Assembly: GCA_963727445.1 (NCBI GenBank)
Contig: CAVSGI010000014.1
Coordinates: 417,832-481,831 of the forward strand
Length of the DNA stretch: 64,000 nucleotides
Direction of reading: 5' to 3'
DNA from: an uncultured delta proteobacterium
GTDB lineage: Bacteria; Myxococcota_A; Polyangia; Polyangiales; B10-G4
In this document: positions 53,238 through 63,228 of the stretch, in pieces
Layout of the letters: each line of letters starts with the position of its first letter
Numbering within the stretch: position 1 is the stretch's first letter
The notes under the pieces: model-generated
The model's database searches: none
What the model saw: only the letters and a program-made list of their open reading frames with translations
What the model was told of the DNA's origin: nothing
Made by a program: the position numbers and the translations under genes

Positions 53238-54599
53238 ATGCGCGTTCTGGTGGTCGATGACAGCGCAACGGTCCGGCGAGTGGTCGTCCACACACTCTCG
53301 CGCGCGGGCTATGACATCAGCGAGGCGGAGGACGGGCGCGCCGCTCTCGAACGGCTCACGCACGAGACGCCCGACCTGATCCTCGTCGACGACGTGATGC
53401 CTCACATGGACGGCGTGGCGTTCGTGGAGGCGATGCGCTCGGTGCAGAACGTGCAGCACGTGCCGGTGGTGATCATGAGCGCCCACCCGACGGTGGCCGA
53501 GGAGCTGATGGCGGCCACCGGTGCCGTCGACGCCATCTCCAAGCCCTTCGCCCCCGAAGCGCTCCTGGCCGTGACCGCCCACGCGCTCGATCGCGGGCGC
53601 CGCCTCGAGCCTCTTCGCTCCGCAGACGTGGCGCCCGAGGCCTGGCTCTCCGCCGACACCTCCGAAGAGCTCACCACCCTCGCCGCGGAAGCGGAGCGCG
53701 CCGCCGCCGCGCGGCGCATCGCGGGAAAGATCACGATGGCGGTGGGTGATGCGGTGCGACGAGCCACGAACACGGCGACCGACGATGCGACCCTGGCCGC
53801 CGCCATCGCAACCAGCGTGAGCACCGAACGGCTCTTCCGACTGAGTGACGAGCTGCACGCACAGCTTCCCGGTGAGTCTGGAGAGATCTCGCTGCGCGGG
53901 CGCCTCGACCACATGGGGCTCGGCGAGGTGCTTCAGATGCTGCAGCACCACGGGCAGTCGGGTGTACTGCTGGTGCGCCGCGACGACCGCTCGGTGGAGA
54001 TCTGTCTGCGGAACGGGATGCTCGACCTCGCGATCGGGCGAGGCCAGGGCCGCGAGTTCCTGCTGGGACGCTACGTGCTCGGTGAAGGACTGCTCGAGAC
54101 GGAGGACCTCGAGATGCTGCTCAAGCGCCGGGGCGGCCGGGAGAAGCTCCTCGGCGCCCAGTTGGTGAAGCTCGGCTACATCACGCAGGACGACCTGACG
54201 CGCGTGCTTGTCCGTCAGTCGAGCGAGCTCATCTACGAGGCTTTGCGCTGGCCCGATGGCGTCTTCGGGTTCCAGCGCTACGCCACCAGGCCGGAGGCGG
54301 AAGCCGCCCGGCTCGAGCTACCCGTGGCCGCGATCTTGATGGAGGGGCTGAGGCGGGTCGACGAGTGGCGCCTCATCGAAGAGCAGATCCGGAGCTTCGA
54401 CGTCATACCGGTCGTCCGCCGCGACCTCCTCGCCAGCGTCTCGGTCGACGACTTCGATGGCAACGAACGCACAGTCCTCGAAGCGATCGACGGCGCGCGG
54501 ACGATACGCGAGATCGTCACGGCCACCCGCATGAGCTCCTTCGACGTCGGCAAGGTGCTCTTTCAGCTCGTGACCAGCGGTCTCATCTCCGCGCGATGA
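53238..54599 (+). CDS. Response regulator with DUF4388-like C-terminal domain
   Basis: VLVVDD...ILVDDVMPHMDG...SKPF; GRLDHMGLGEVLQML...EALRWPDGVFGF...LMEGLRRVDEW. Confidence 0.88.
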   Translation: MRVLVVDDSATVRRVVVHTLSRAGYDISEAEDGRAALERLTHETPDLILVDDVMPHMDGVAFVEAMRSVQNVQHVPVVIMSAHPTVAEELMAATGAVDAISKPFAPEALLAVTAHALDRGRRLEPLRSADVAPEAWLSADTSEELTTLAAEAERAAAARRIAGKITMAVGDAVRRATNTATDDATLAAAIATSVSTERLFRLSDELHAQLPGESGEISLRGRLDHMGLGEVLQMLQHHGQSGVLLVRRDDRSVEICLRNGMLDLAIGRGQGREFLLGRYVLGEGLLETEDLEMLLKRRGGREKLLGAQLVKLGYITQDDLTRVLVRQSSELIYEALRWPDGVFGFQRYATRPEAEAARLELPVAAILMEGLRRVDEWRLIEEQIRSFDVIPVVRRDLLASVSVDDFDGNERTVLEAIDGARTIREIVTATRMSSFDVGKVLFQLVTSGLISAR

Positions 54600-54605
54600 G
54601 CTGGC

Positions 54606-56357
54606 TCAAGAGCTCTGATACAGCGCGCGGATCTGACGGCGAAAGGCCTTCTCCACGGCTTTGCGGCGAATCTTGTGGGTGGGGGTCAGCTCGCCCGAGT
54701 CCTGGCTGAGCGGGCGCTCGAGGATCGCCCAGCGCTTGATCGTCTCGTAGCTCGCGAGCTCCTCGTTGAGGGCGCCGATGATCCCGCCGACCAGCTCGTG
54801 GATCTTCGGGTGACCGATCAGGGTGAGGAAGTCGCCCGAGACCCCCCGCTCGCGCGCCCACTTCCGCGTCGCCTCGGGGGCCAGGCTCAACAGCGCGACG
54901 GCGTAGGGCCGGCGGTCGGCCACCACCACGGCGTGCTGCACGTAGGGGCTCTCTTCGAGGCGCGCCTCGAGCTTGCGCGGCGCGATGGTCTTGCCGCCGG
55001 CGGTGATGAGGAGGTCCTTCTTTCGCCCGGTGATCTTCAAGAAGCCGTCGGGGTCGAGCACGCCGATGTCGCCCGTCTTGAGCCAACCGTCCGCGTCGAA
55101 GGCCCGCTGGGTGGCGGCCTCGTCGCCGTGATAGCCGCGCATCACGTTCGGCCCCTTGATGAGGATCTCACCGTCCTCGGCGATCGCGACGTGCACCCCC
55201 GGCAGAGCGCGGCCGACCGTCCCGATCTTGTAACTCTGAAGGAGGTTCGCCGTCGCGGCGCCTGCGGTCTCCGTGAGCCCGTAGCCCGTGAGGAGCGGCA
55301 ACCCGGCCGCGAAGAAGAACTCCGCCGTCTCCGCGGCGAGCGGAGCCGCGCCGCTCACCATGAAACGAATGCGTCCGCCGAGGCTCTGGCGCAGCCGTTG
55401 AAACACCAGGCGGTCGGCGTACTTCCGTTTCACGTTCGACAAGAGCCCGCGCCCGTTATCCTTGCGCACATCCACCGCCCAATCGAAGACGCGCCGGCCG
55501 AGGTCGCCGGTGTCGGCGGCGCTGCTCTTCGCGACCTCGTGGATCTTCTCGTAGAGCCGCGGAACGCCGATCACGAAGGTCGGCCGGATCCGCCCGAAGT
55601 CCTGAGCGACCCCCTCGAGGTTCTTGGAGAGCGCGGTCGTGAAGCCGATGCGCATCTGCAGAAAGAGCGTCATCCGCGCGAAGATGTGGGAGAGCGGTAG
55701 AAAGAGGAGCTGCAGGTCCGTCACGCCCACGGCAAAGACCGAACCGACTGAGTCCACTTGCGAGACGAAAGCGCCGTGGGTGAGCTCCACGCCCTTGGGC
55801 TCCCCCATGGTCCCCGACGTGTAGACGATGGTGGCGAGGTCGTCCGGCGAGACTTCCCGGCGTCGCCGCGCGAGCTCCTCCCCCGCACCTTCGGCGAGCG
55901 CCTCGTCCCCCGAGGCGAGGAGCGCGCCCCAGCCGCTGTCCCCTTCGTCCTCAATCACGACGACGCGCTTCACGCCCGACCCCTCGAGCTTCGCGACCTG
56001 CTCGGCGTCCTCGGCGAGGGCCCACTCCGCTCCAGAGCTCGCGACAATCGCGCAGACGTCCGCGCCGGGCAGCGAGGGATAGATGGGCACCGTCACTGCG
56101 CCCGCCTTGAGGATGCCGAGGTCGGCGATGGCCCATTCGACGCGGGTGTTGCTGACGATGGCGACCGCCTGGCCGGGCTCGACGCCCGCGCGGCACAGCG
56201 CGCCGGCCACCCAATCGCTCTCGGCGTCCCAGAGCTCCCAGCTGAGCGACCGGAAAACGCCGCCGGCCTCGTGCCTCAGCGCGGTTCGATACCGACTGGC
56301 CGCGACCTGTTCCGCGAAGAGGTCGAGGAGCGTTTCTCGTGGCCTGCTCAAAACCAA
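54606..56357 (-). CDS. Long-chain fatty acid-CoA ligase (AMP-binding)
   Basis: YTSGTMGEPKG, LPLSHIF, GYGLTET, WLKTGDIG, ITGRKKDL, LTPTHKIRR. Confidence 0.93.
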   Translation of the reverse strand: MVLSRPRETLLDLFAEQVAASRYRTALRHEAGGVFRSLSWELWDAESDWVAGALCRAGVEPGQAVAIVSNTRVEWAIADLGILKAGAVTVPIYPSLPGADVCAIVASSGAEWALAEDAEQVAKLEGSGVKRVVVIEDEGDSGWGALLASGDEALAEGAGEELARRRREVSPDDLATIVYTSGTMGEPKGVELTHGAFVSQVDSVGSVFAVGVTDLQLLFLPLSHIFARMTLFLQMRIGFTTALSKNLEGVAQDFGRIRPTFVIGVPRLYEKIHEVAKSSAADTGDLGRRVFDWAVDVRKDNGRGLLSNVKRKYADRLVFQRLRQSLGGRIRFMVSGAAPLAAETAEFFFAAGLPLLTGYGLTETAGAATANLLQSYKIGTVGRALPGVHVAIAEDGEILIKGPNVMRGYHGDEAATQRAFDADGWLKTGDIGVLDPDGFLKITGRKKDLLITAGGKTIAPRKLEARLEESPYVQHAVVVADRRPYAVALLSLAPEATRKWARERGVSGDFLTLIGHPKIHELVGGIIGALNEELASYETIKRWAILERPLSQDSGELTPTHKIRRKAVEKAFRRQIRALYQSS

Positions 56358-56482
56358 TGGCGCTCGGTTGCGTCAGCTGGCGAGCGCGCCCGGAGGGGTG
56401 GACCGAGGAATACCAGAGGTATTTCGCAGGGCCTGCCCGAGGACGTAAGCCGCCAGATGATGTGACCGAGTGCCATTGGCGC

Positions 56483-58088
56483 TCAAAACCCGACTTGCAC
56501 GCCTGCGTTGAGATCGATGTTGAAGAGGCTGATCGGGAAGAGGATCTGGAAGTCCGCTTCGGCGTAGATGCCGAAGTTCTTCACGATGTTGAAGACGTTC
56601 GAGAGGCCGAAGTCGATCCCGTTGAGGCCCGACCGGATGTAGGGCTCCGGAGCGCCGTTCTGCGGTGGTTTCGGCTGAATCTGGCCCACCACGGTCCCGA
56701 CGTGGAAACGAAGGTCGCCGAAGGGAAGCAGGTCTCCGAAGGGGCGCAGGATGACGCGACCTCCGATCAGCATGTTCGCCAGCGTCCCCGAGCCCGAGTC
56801 GGGCTGGATGCGCAGCGTGACGGCCAGGCCGAGCCACGGCTGGACGAAGCCGCCGATCATCGCACGGAAGGCGTAGGTGGGGACGATGCCACCGGTCTCG
56901 ACGCGAACGCAGTAATCCTGGAAGCCGTCGGCGTTGTCAGGGCACGCGCCCATTCCCTCCGGGATGTACACGGCGTCGTCCGCCGGATTCCCCGAATCGG
57001 GCTCACCGTCCGAATACATCCCGGAACTGACCACCGACAGGCCCAGAGAGAACCCGAGCTGCAAGAACAGCGTCGGCGCGTCCTCGTACCAACCCCAGAA
57101 GTCACCGGACTCGCCGTCGTCTCCGCCGTCCCCGTCACCGGCGACGCAGAAGTTCGTCCTGGCAGGTGAGACCTTCTCGGCACTCGCCGTCGCTGAGGCA
57201 GGTGCTGCCCATGCCTCCGCCGCCGCCTCCGCTCGAGCAGCCCTCCATGCCCGGCGGGCACTCCTTGTCGGGGCAGGTCTGTGGCGGCGAACGACCCGGG
57301 AGCGCAGGAGGCGGCATGGTGCGGGTCCCGACGATGGGCACCTCGATCGGCTCCTCCGCCGTGCCGGCGAAGCCCAGGGGCGTGCCGTCCTCGCCGAACG
57401 CGACGATGTAGTACTCGACCGCGGGCTGGAAGACGTCGCTGCAGGGGATCTCGTAGCCGTAGCCGCCGCTGATGCGCTGCATCTCCACGCGGCGGAAGTC
57501 GCGCATCCCGTGGCCCTTGTAGAAGAGGTAGACGTGCTGACGGGAGCATCGCCGGGCACCTCGATGTAGACGGGCACCGCCGTCTGTGCGAGCTGCTCGG
57601 GGACCGGCTGGTGCGGGATGTTCCCGGAGCCGCCTGCGCCGCCCTCGCCGCCGCCGCCACCGCCGCCGCCTCCGCCGCCACCGCCGCCGCCGCCACCACC
57701 GCCGCGGCTCTGTGCGAGCTGGAAGACGGTCTGGATCTCGGGCGTGGAGGTCAGCGGGTCGAGCTGGATGTCGGAGTCGGCCGAAGGGCCGCCTCGAAGT
57801 ACTGCATGCCCGCGCCGTTGTCGCCCAAGCCGCCGACGGCCACGACGCCCAGGTTCAGGTAGGTCCGCGCCAGCGGCGCGCCGGTCACTCCGCGTCGCTG
57901 CGCGATCTGCAGCGCGCGATTGAGCTTCTCTGCGCCTGCTCGATCTCGAGGTTCTTGTAGGGCTCCATCCCCTGGCGGTTCAGATCGAGCACCTGCTGCC
58001 GAGGCCGCTGGGCTTCGGCGCCGGATACATCGATCAAGGTGGCGAACACCGCGAGGGCGAACACCGCGAAACGGCGCGAGATCATCAC
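56483..58088 (-). CDS. Secreted protein: TPR, poly-Gly linker, Cys-rich region, probable C-terminal beta-barrel (apparent frameshifts)
   Basis: Signal MISRRFAVFALAV..AEA; ARTYLNLGVV; (GGC)n at ~57630-57705; CPDKECPPGMEGC; amphipathic strands ending ...NAGVQVGF. Confidence 0.6.
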
Positions 58089-59207
58089 TGACCTCCCTGC
58101 TGCTGTTGGGCCGCGGCGTCGGTGCGAACGAACTCCACGCGCCGGTTCGCCGCGCGACCCGCCGCGGTGCGGTTGCTGTCGATGGGCGGGTCTCGCCGTA
58201 GCCGCGCGCGGTCATGCGGTCGGCCGCGATGCCCTGCCGATCAGGTACTGCCGGACCGCGTCGGCGCGCTGCTGCGACAGGCGCATGTTGTACTCGTCAC
58301 GGCCGCGGCTGTCGGTGTGGCCCTGGATCTCGATGGTGATGTCGGGGTAGTCGCGAAGCACCTGCGCCACCGTGTTGAGGATCGGGAAGCTGACGTCCGG
58401 ATCACCGCGCGGTCGAACTCGAAGTAGATCTTCTGGTGGATGACGATGCCGGTCGAGGTCACCTCGACGTCCTCGTAGACGCGGGGGCAGCCGTGCTCGT
58501 CGGCCGGGCCGGGCTCGTTCGGGCAGTGGTCGGTCGCGTCCGGGAGAGTGTCGCCGTCGTTGTCGGAGTCGGGGCAGCCGTCGGCGTCCTGGAAGCCGTC
58601 CTGATCCTCCGGCTCGTTCGGGCAGCGGTCCGACGCGTCGACAATGCCGTCGAGGTCGTTGTCCGGCTCCGGGCAGCCGTCGGCGTCCTGGTAGCCGTCC
58701 GCGTCCTCGGGCTCGAGCGGGCAGGCGTCGATGGTGTCGCCGAGACCGTCGCCGTCGGTGTCCTGATCCTCGGGGCAGCCGTCTTCGTCCTCGTAGGCGT
58801 CGAAGTCCTCGGGGTCGTCCGGGCACTCGTCATCGGGGTCGAGGATGCCGTCGCCGTCCCGATCGCCCGGGCGCGGGGGACGCCGGGTCACGACGCCCGC
58901 GCGGCGCGCAGCGCTCGGGCGGGCTCAGGCGCAGCGCCGCCCGGGCGTTGGGCTCGGCCAGCATGAAGTGCTCCTCGGCGCGGTACGGGTCGCCCTGAGC
59001 GAGCTCCGTGTCGGCGAAGTCGAGCTTCGCCTTCGCGGTCGCCAGCTCACGCGGCGCGCAGCGATAGGCGCCGTTGCGCTCGGCCTGCTCGACGATGTCG
59101 CGGATCCCCTCGATGCGTCCCTGAAGACGGGTCGCCTGGCTGCAGCCCGCCAACGAAAGGAGAGCGAGGCAGACCAGGGTCCGTAGTACGGGCCGCGTGG
59201 GCTTCAT
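58085..59207 (-). CDS. OmpA-family lipoprotein with DUF4398-like N-terminus and thrombospondin type-3-like repeats (apparent frameshifts)
   Basis: Lipobox SLAGC; GAYRCAPREL; D.DGDG..D..D.CP.EPED.DG repeats; IYFEFD, IEIQGHTD, NMRLSQQRA. Confidence 0.85.
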
Positions 59208-59518
59208 CAGCGCCCCATCTCGCGCATGCGCCGTCGGGCCAGGTCTCGCGCCTTGGTGCCGTACTCCTCCGCGATGCTCGCGAAGTGGATGGCGTCCTGG
59301 TAGTTCGCTTCCGCCGCCTCTTCGCGCGCCTTCTTCAGGTGCTCGACCGCGTAGAAGTACTCGTAGGGTGCATGCTCGGCGGCCCTCGCTGCCGCCGCTT
59401 CTTCCACCACGCCGGAGGCCCCCCCCGCGTTCACTGCGTAGAGGGTGGGCCCACAACCGAAGACGATGAGGGATAGAAGGGCTGCCCCGAGGACGCGATT
59501 GAGCCGGCGACGCACCAC
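59207..59518 (-). CDS. DUF4398-like small lipoprotein
   Basis: Lipobox VFGC; AAEHAPYEYFYAVEHLKKAREE; stop overlaps the OmpA start. Confidence 0.75.
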   Translation of the reverse strand: MVRRRLNRVLGAALLSLIVFGCGPTLYAVNAGGASGVVEEAAAARAAEHAPYEYFYAVEHLKKAREEAAEANYQDAIHFASIAEEYGTKARDLARRRMREMGR

Positions 59519-59559
59519 GAATCTCCCACCCTCGCGAGATTGCAAGGGGAATCGCGGCG

Positions 59560-59589
59560 ACGCTAGCAAGCCGGCCCCCTCTGAGTCAA
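59560..59589 (-). promoter_or_regulatory. Candidate sigma70 promoter for the DUF4398-OmpA unit
   Basis: Minus strand TTGACT-N18-TAGCGT. Confidence 0.35.
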
Positions 59590-59600
59590 CACTCTGGCCC

Positions 59601-60152
59601 TCAGCCGCGGCGGCTTCCGACGTAGAGGCGACCCAGAAGAACGCCCAGCCCGAGCAGGAGGATGGCGCCCATGGCGAGGCTCCCCGTCATCAGCGGCCCG
59701 CTCTGGAAGGGAGTGAGCCCGAAACTGCCGTGGTATTGCGCGTAGCTGCCCACCTGGGAGAGGCGATCGGAAGCGGCGGGCACCACCGCCACCGCGAGAA
59801 GGAGGAAAAGCGCCGTCATCCCGCCCGCGAGGGTGTCTCGCTGGCTGCGGATCAGGGCCGAGGCCAAGGTGAAGGCGCCAGCCCCCAGGAGCACCAGGGC
59901 AGCGAAGCCGATCATCGCCAGCGCGGAGGGAATGCGCCGCATGTCGACCAGATAGAGGAGGAACCAGTCTCCGTGGAAGACGTAGAAGTAGATCGCGATC
60001 GGCACCAGGACCAGAACCGCAAAGGAGCCCCACGCGAGGAAGCTCCGCGAGAGCAGCGGTGGCCGGGGCGAGACACGCAGCTCGGCTCGCCCCGCGAGCG
60101 CGGCTGCCGCGCCGCTGGCGATGGCGACGCAGAGGAGTGTCGGAAGCGGCAC
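59601..60152 (-). CDS. Hypothetical integral membrane protein (~5 TM)
   Basis: Hydrophobic ORF with YFYVFHGDWFLLY; begins 16 bp after the large cytochrome-like gene. Confidence 0.75.
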   Translation of the reverse strand: MPLPTLLCVAIASGAAAALAGRAELRVSPRPPLLSRSFLAWGSFAVLVLVPIAIYFYVFHGDWFLLYLVDMRRIPSALAMIGFAALVLLGAGAFTLASALIRSQRDTLAGGMTALFLLLAVAVVPAASDRLSQVGSYAQYHGSFGLTPFQSGPLMTGSLAMGAILLLGLGVLLGRLYVGSRRG

Positions 60153-60168
60153 GGGGGAATCCTACCCC

Positions 60169-63100
60169 TTAGCGGACCGCATCTGCAGCTGTATCGTCGC
60201 GGGCCGCGGACTGGGAGGCCGCCGTGAGGATGTCGGGGTTCACCGCGATGTCGAGCTCGCGGCCGCTGATGGAGCCGTGGCAGCCCGCACACAGACCGTT
60301 GAAGAACTTTCGCTGGAACGACTGGTTCGAGTGCTCGCCCGGGTAGAACTGCATCTGCTCGCGCTGGATGACCTCACCCGTGAACGGCGCGTCGGGACCG
60401 AACATGATCGGGGAGCCCCCGACCGTCGGCCGCAGGATCATGGGCATCCCGCCGGCGATTTTGAACTTCACCGAGCCGTCGGCGTGCAGCCCGACCGATC
60501 CACGCTGCTCGTACTGCTCCCAACGAGGCCCGAAGCCATCATCGGGCATGTTGAAGTCGGTGGTTCCGGCGGGGGGCGGCATGGCCTCGAAGATGTCGAA
60601 GCCGTCGATGTCCCGATTGATGGGGCGACCGATGCGGGTGTTCGAGAAGAGCAGCGTCGCCAAGAGGGGGAAGTCGTGCACCAGGATCTCGGCCTCGTCC
60701 TCGCCGGGGATCACCTCGGTGTGGCCGTTCGCCTCATCGACGCGTGAGACGAAGACCCCGTTGTTGGGTCGAGAGAACACGGCGACGGGGTCGACGTTCG
60801 CCGCGCCCATGCCTCCGAGGGCACGCACGTTGCCGTTGAAGGGGTTCACTTCGCAGATCTGGAACGGGAAGTTGCCCGCCATCGGGTCCATCGCGGTCTG
60901 ATCACACGCGGCGAGGATGCGGCCGTTGGGCAGCATCGAGGTGTTTCGGTAGACGCCGTTGCGGGTGACGAAGTCGAGAGAGGAGAAGTACGCGCGGTCG
61001 CTCGGATCGCGGTCGTCCTGGTCGGGGCCGATGGAACGGTTGGCGACGCCGACCCGGCCGCCCTCGGCGCCGATCGGCCCCGCGATCATGGCGAGGTTGC
61101 GGTTGGTCAGCTCGACCACGTCGGTGGCCGCGTGGAAGCCGACGCTATCCCGCTGCGCGAAGAGCGGATGGTAGTCGCCGCCGTCGAGGTTCATGCGGCG
61201 CCCCGAGAGCTGGTGGAACTCGCGTTCGCGCTTCTCGGCCGTGAAGATGAGGCGTCCGTCGCCCATGAAGGCGGGCGCCAGCTCCTGGTTCAACAGGAAG
61301 GTGAGCTGGCGGATGGAGCCGTCGCTCTCCCGTACGTAGAGGTTGGCGTTGGGCTGAAGCGCCGCGGGTGTGAGGGTCGGGCCGCTGTAGGGGAAGTTGC
61401 CCATGATGTTCCCGCGCGTCGACGCGAAGACGAGGCGGTCATCGGGGGCGTAGGCCGGGTCGAGGTTGTGGTTCGACGAATCGCCGAGATCGGCCACTGC
61501 ACAGCCGGATCCGTCCGCGTTCATCTCGTACACCTGCCAGTTGCTACCGGAGCCGACGCGCGCGGCGAAGGCGATGCGGGATCCGTCCCAGGAGACGGCC
61601 GGCTGCCGGATGTCTGCGTCGCCGGTGATTCCGCAGCCGGCGCTCAACGAGCGATCGCCGCTCATCGTGATGTCGCCGGTCGTCGGATCCATGACGGCGT
61701 CGGCGATCATCAGGTCGGCGCCGCCGCGATAGGTGGCGAAGTCGCGGATGTCTCCGACGCCTGGTGGGCGGGAGACGTAGACGATGCTCTCGATCGGATC
61801 GGGCAGGAGCTCACCGCGATCGATCGCCGCCTGGCGCTCGATGCGATGCCACTCGACCAGGATGCAGTACTCCTCGAGATAGGTCGGGTCGGAGGGGTCG
61901 CTCATGTTGCCGTTGACGGGGTCGGTCCCCATGCAGTCGCTCGGGTCCGCGGGGTTGAGGCCGGTGCCGGCGCTTCCGAAGTCTTCGAAGAGCGAGCCAC
62001 CGCGGTGCAGGATGCCGCTGCCGTTCGGCACGTCTGGCGACGCCGGATAGAGGTTCTTTCCGACGATGCGCGAGTTGTTGACCGTGGGCGAGTCGATGCC
62101 GAGGAACTGCCGCGACATCTCGTAGTTGCGCTCGGCGGCGATGCGCGAGAACTGCCCCTGCGACCCGCCCCGCAGGCGCAGGTCGTGGAACATGGCCGGC
62201 CCGTGGCAGTTCATGAAGAAGCAGCCCTTGCGCACCAGCGCCGGCTGGACGCGGTCCACGAAGAACTTGAAGCCGTCACCCATCGTGTCGGGGTAACGGA
62301 TCGCGTCCGGGGTGCGCATGTACAGCTCTTCGGCCCAGGCGCGGATGGCCAGATAGGTCTCGTCCTCGGCGGACGCGAAGACGTTTCCACCTTCGTGGAA
62401 CACGCCGCCGCGCAGCGGCGAAAGGGGGCGGCGCAGGAGCGGCGAGGTCGATATCGGCTCCGACAGATGAGCGACCGCGACGAAGTAGTTCCAACGGAGC
62501 TCGTTCTCGTCGTCGCCGCAGGTGAGATAGAAATCGGCGATGGTGGAGCCGTGGCAGGAAGAGCCCGCACAGGTCTGTTGCAGAAGCGGGTTGATCTCGT
62601 TCTTGAAGCGGTCGTAGGAAGCGCCGTCCACAGGCGGCGCGGAGACGTCGAAGAAGGGGCTCTCGCCGATGCCGTGAACGCACTCGCCGGTGTTCTCCAC
62701 CAGCGACTCGTCGGGCACTCCGGTACGCAGGTGACCGCTCTCGATCCACTGCTTGATCAGCAGGTAGCTGCGCGACCCCTGAGCGATGGTGGAGCCGGCG
62801 TTGTGTCGGATGTCGGTGGTGACCGTCAGGAAGTACTCGCCGTCCGCGTTCGGCGTCATGGTCTGCACCGCGACATCGATGTTCTCGCTGCCCTTCAAGA
62901 GCAGAAGGCCCGTGCTGTACGGGCCATAGGCGGGGAGAACGTCCCGCCGGCGCATGAGCGCGTCGAAGCTCGACAGGTCCAGGTTCCCGGTCGCGTCACC
63001 GCGGTCACTCGCGAGGTGACATCCGGCGGTCTGCTCGACGCAACCGAACTCGAGGGCGGAACCGACGTGCTCGTCATAATACGACGAAGCCGGCGCCGAC

Positions 63101-63216
63101 TTCTCGTCGCATCCACTTCCGAGGGAGAGGAAGAGAGCGAGGAGGAGTCCGGCGCCGGCCCGTGCCGCGCGAGGCGGAGATGAGAGGCTATGATGCTCTG
63201 CCAGCATGCCTCTCAT
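60169..63216 (-). CDS. Large lipoprotein with four candidate haem-c motifs and a TolB/HzsA-middle-like propeller region
   Basis: Lipobox LGSGC; CVEQTAGCH, CAGSSCH, CFFMNCH, CAGCH; PAVSWDGSRIAFA, VYEMNADGS, DPAYAPDDRLVFASTR, NLYVRESDGSIRQLTF. Confidence 0.8.
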   Translation of the reverse strand: MRGMLAEHHSLSSPPRAARAGAGLLLALFLSLGSGCDEKSAPASSYYDEHVGSALEFGCVEQTAGCHLASDRGDATGNLDLSSFDALMRRRDVLPAYGPYSTGLLLLKGSENIDVAVQTMTPNADGEYFLTVTTDIRHNAGSTIAQGSRSYLLIKQWIESGHLRTGVPDESLVENTGECVHGIGESPFFDVSAPPVDGASYDRFKNEINPLLQQTCAGSSCHGSTIADFYLTCGDDENELRWNYFVAVAHLSEPISTSPLLRRPLSPLRGGVFHEGGNVFASAEDETYLAIRAWAEELYMRTPDAIRYPDTMGDGFKFFVDRVQPALVRKGCFFMNCHGPAMFHDLRLRGGSQGQFSRIAAERNYEMSRQFLGIDSPTVNNSRIVGKNLYPASPDVPNGSGILHRGGSLFEDFGSAGTGLNPADPSDCMGTDPVNGNMSDPSDPTYLEEYCILVEWHRIERQAAIDRGELLPDPIESIVYVSRPPGVGDIRDFATYRGGADLMIADAVMDPTTGDITMSGDRSLSAGCGITGDADIRQPAVSWDGSRIAFAARVGSGSNWQVYEMNADGSGCAVADLGDSSNHNLDPAYAPDDRLVFASTRGNIMGNFPYSGPTLTPAALQPNANLYVRESDGSIRQLTFLLNQELAPAFMGDGRLIFTAEKREREFHQLSGRRMNLDGGDYHPLFAQRDSVGFHAATDVVELTNRNLAMIAGPIGAEGGRVGVANRSIGPDQDDRDPSDRAYFSSLDFVTRNGVYRNTSMLPNGRILAACDQTAMDPMAGNFPFQICEVNPFNGNVRALGGMGAANVDPVAVFSRPNNGVFVSRVDEANGHTEVIPGEDEAEILVHDFPLLATLLFSNTRIGRPINRDIDGFDIFEAMPPPAGTTDFNMPDDGFGPRWEQYEQRGSVGLHADGSVKFKIAGGMPMILRPTVGGSPIMFGPDAPFTGEVIQREQMQFYPGEHSNQSFQRKFFNGLCAGCHGSISGRELDIAVNPDILTAASQSAARDDTAADAVR

Positions 63217-63228
63217 CCTACCATCCGA

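Noticed and set aside
57630..57705. (CCG)n microsatellite as a separate element
   Set aside because: It encodes a poly-Gly linker on the minus strand, with synonymous variation.
60169..63216. True hydrazine synthase / anammox capability
   Set aside because: No HzsB/HzsC or HAO-like genes are visible and the context is myxobacterial; only an architectural similarity is supported.
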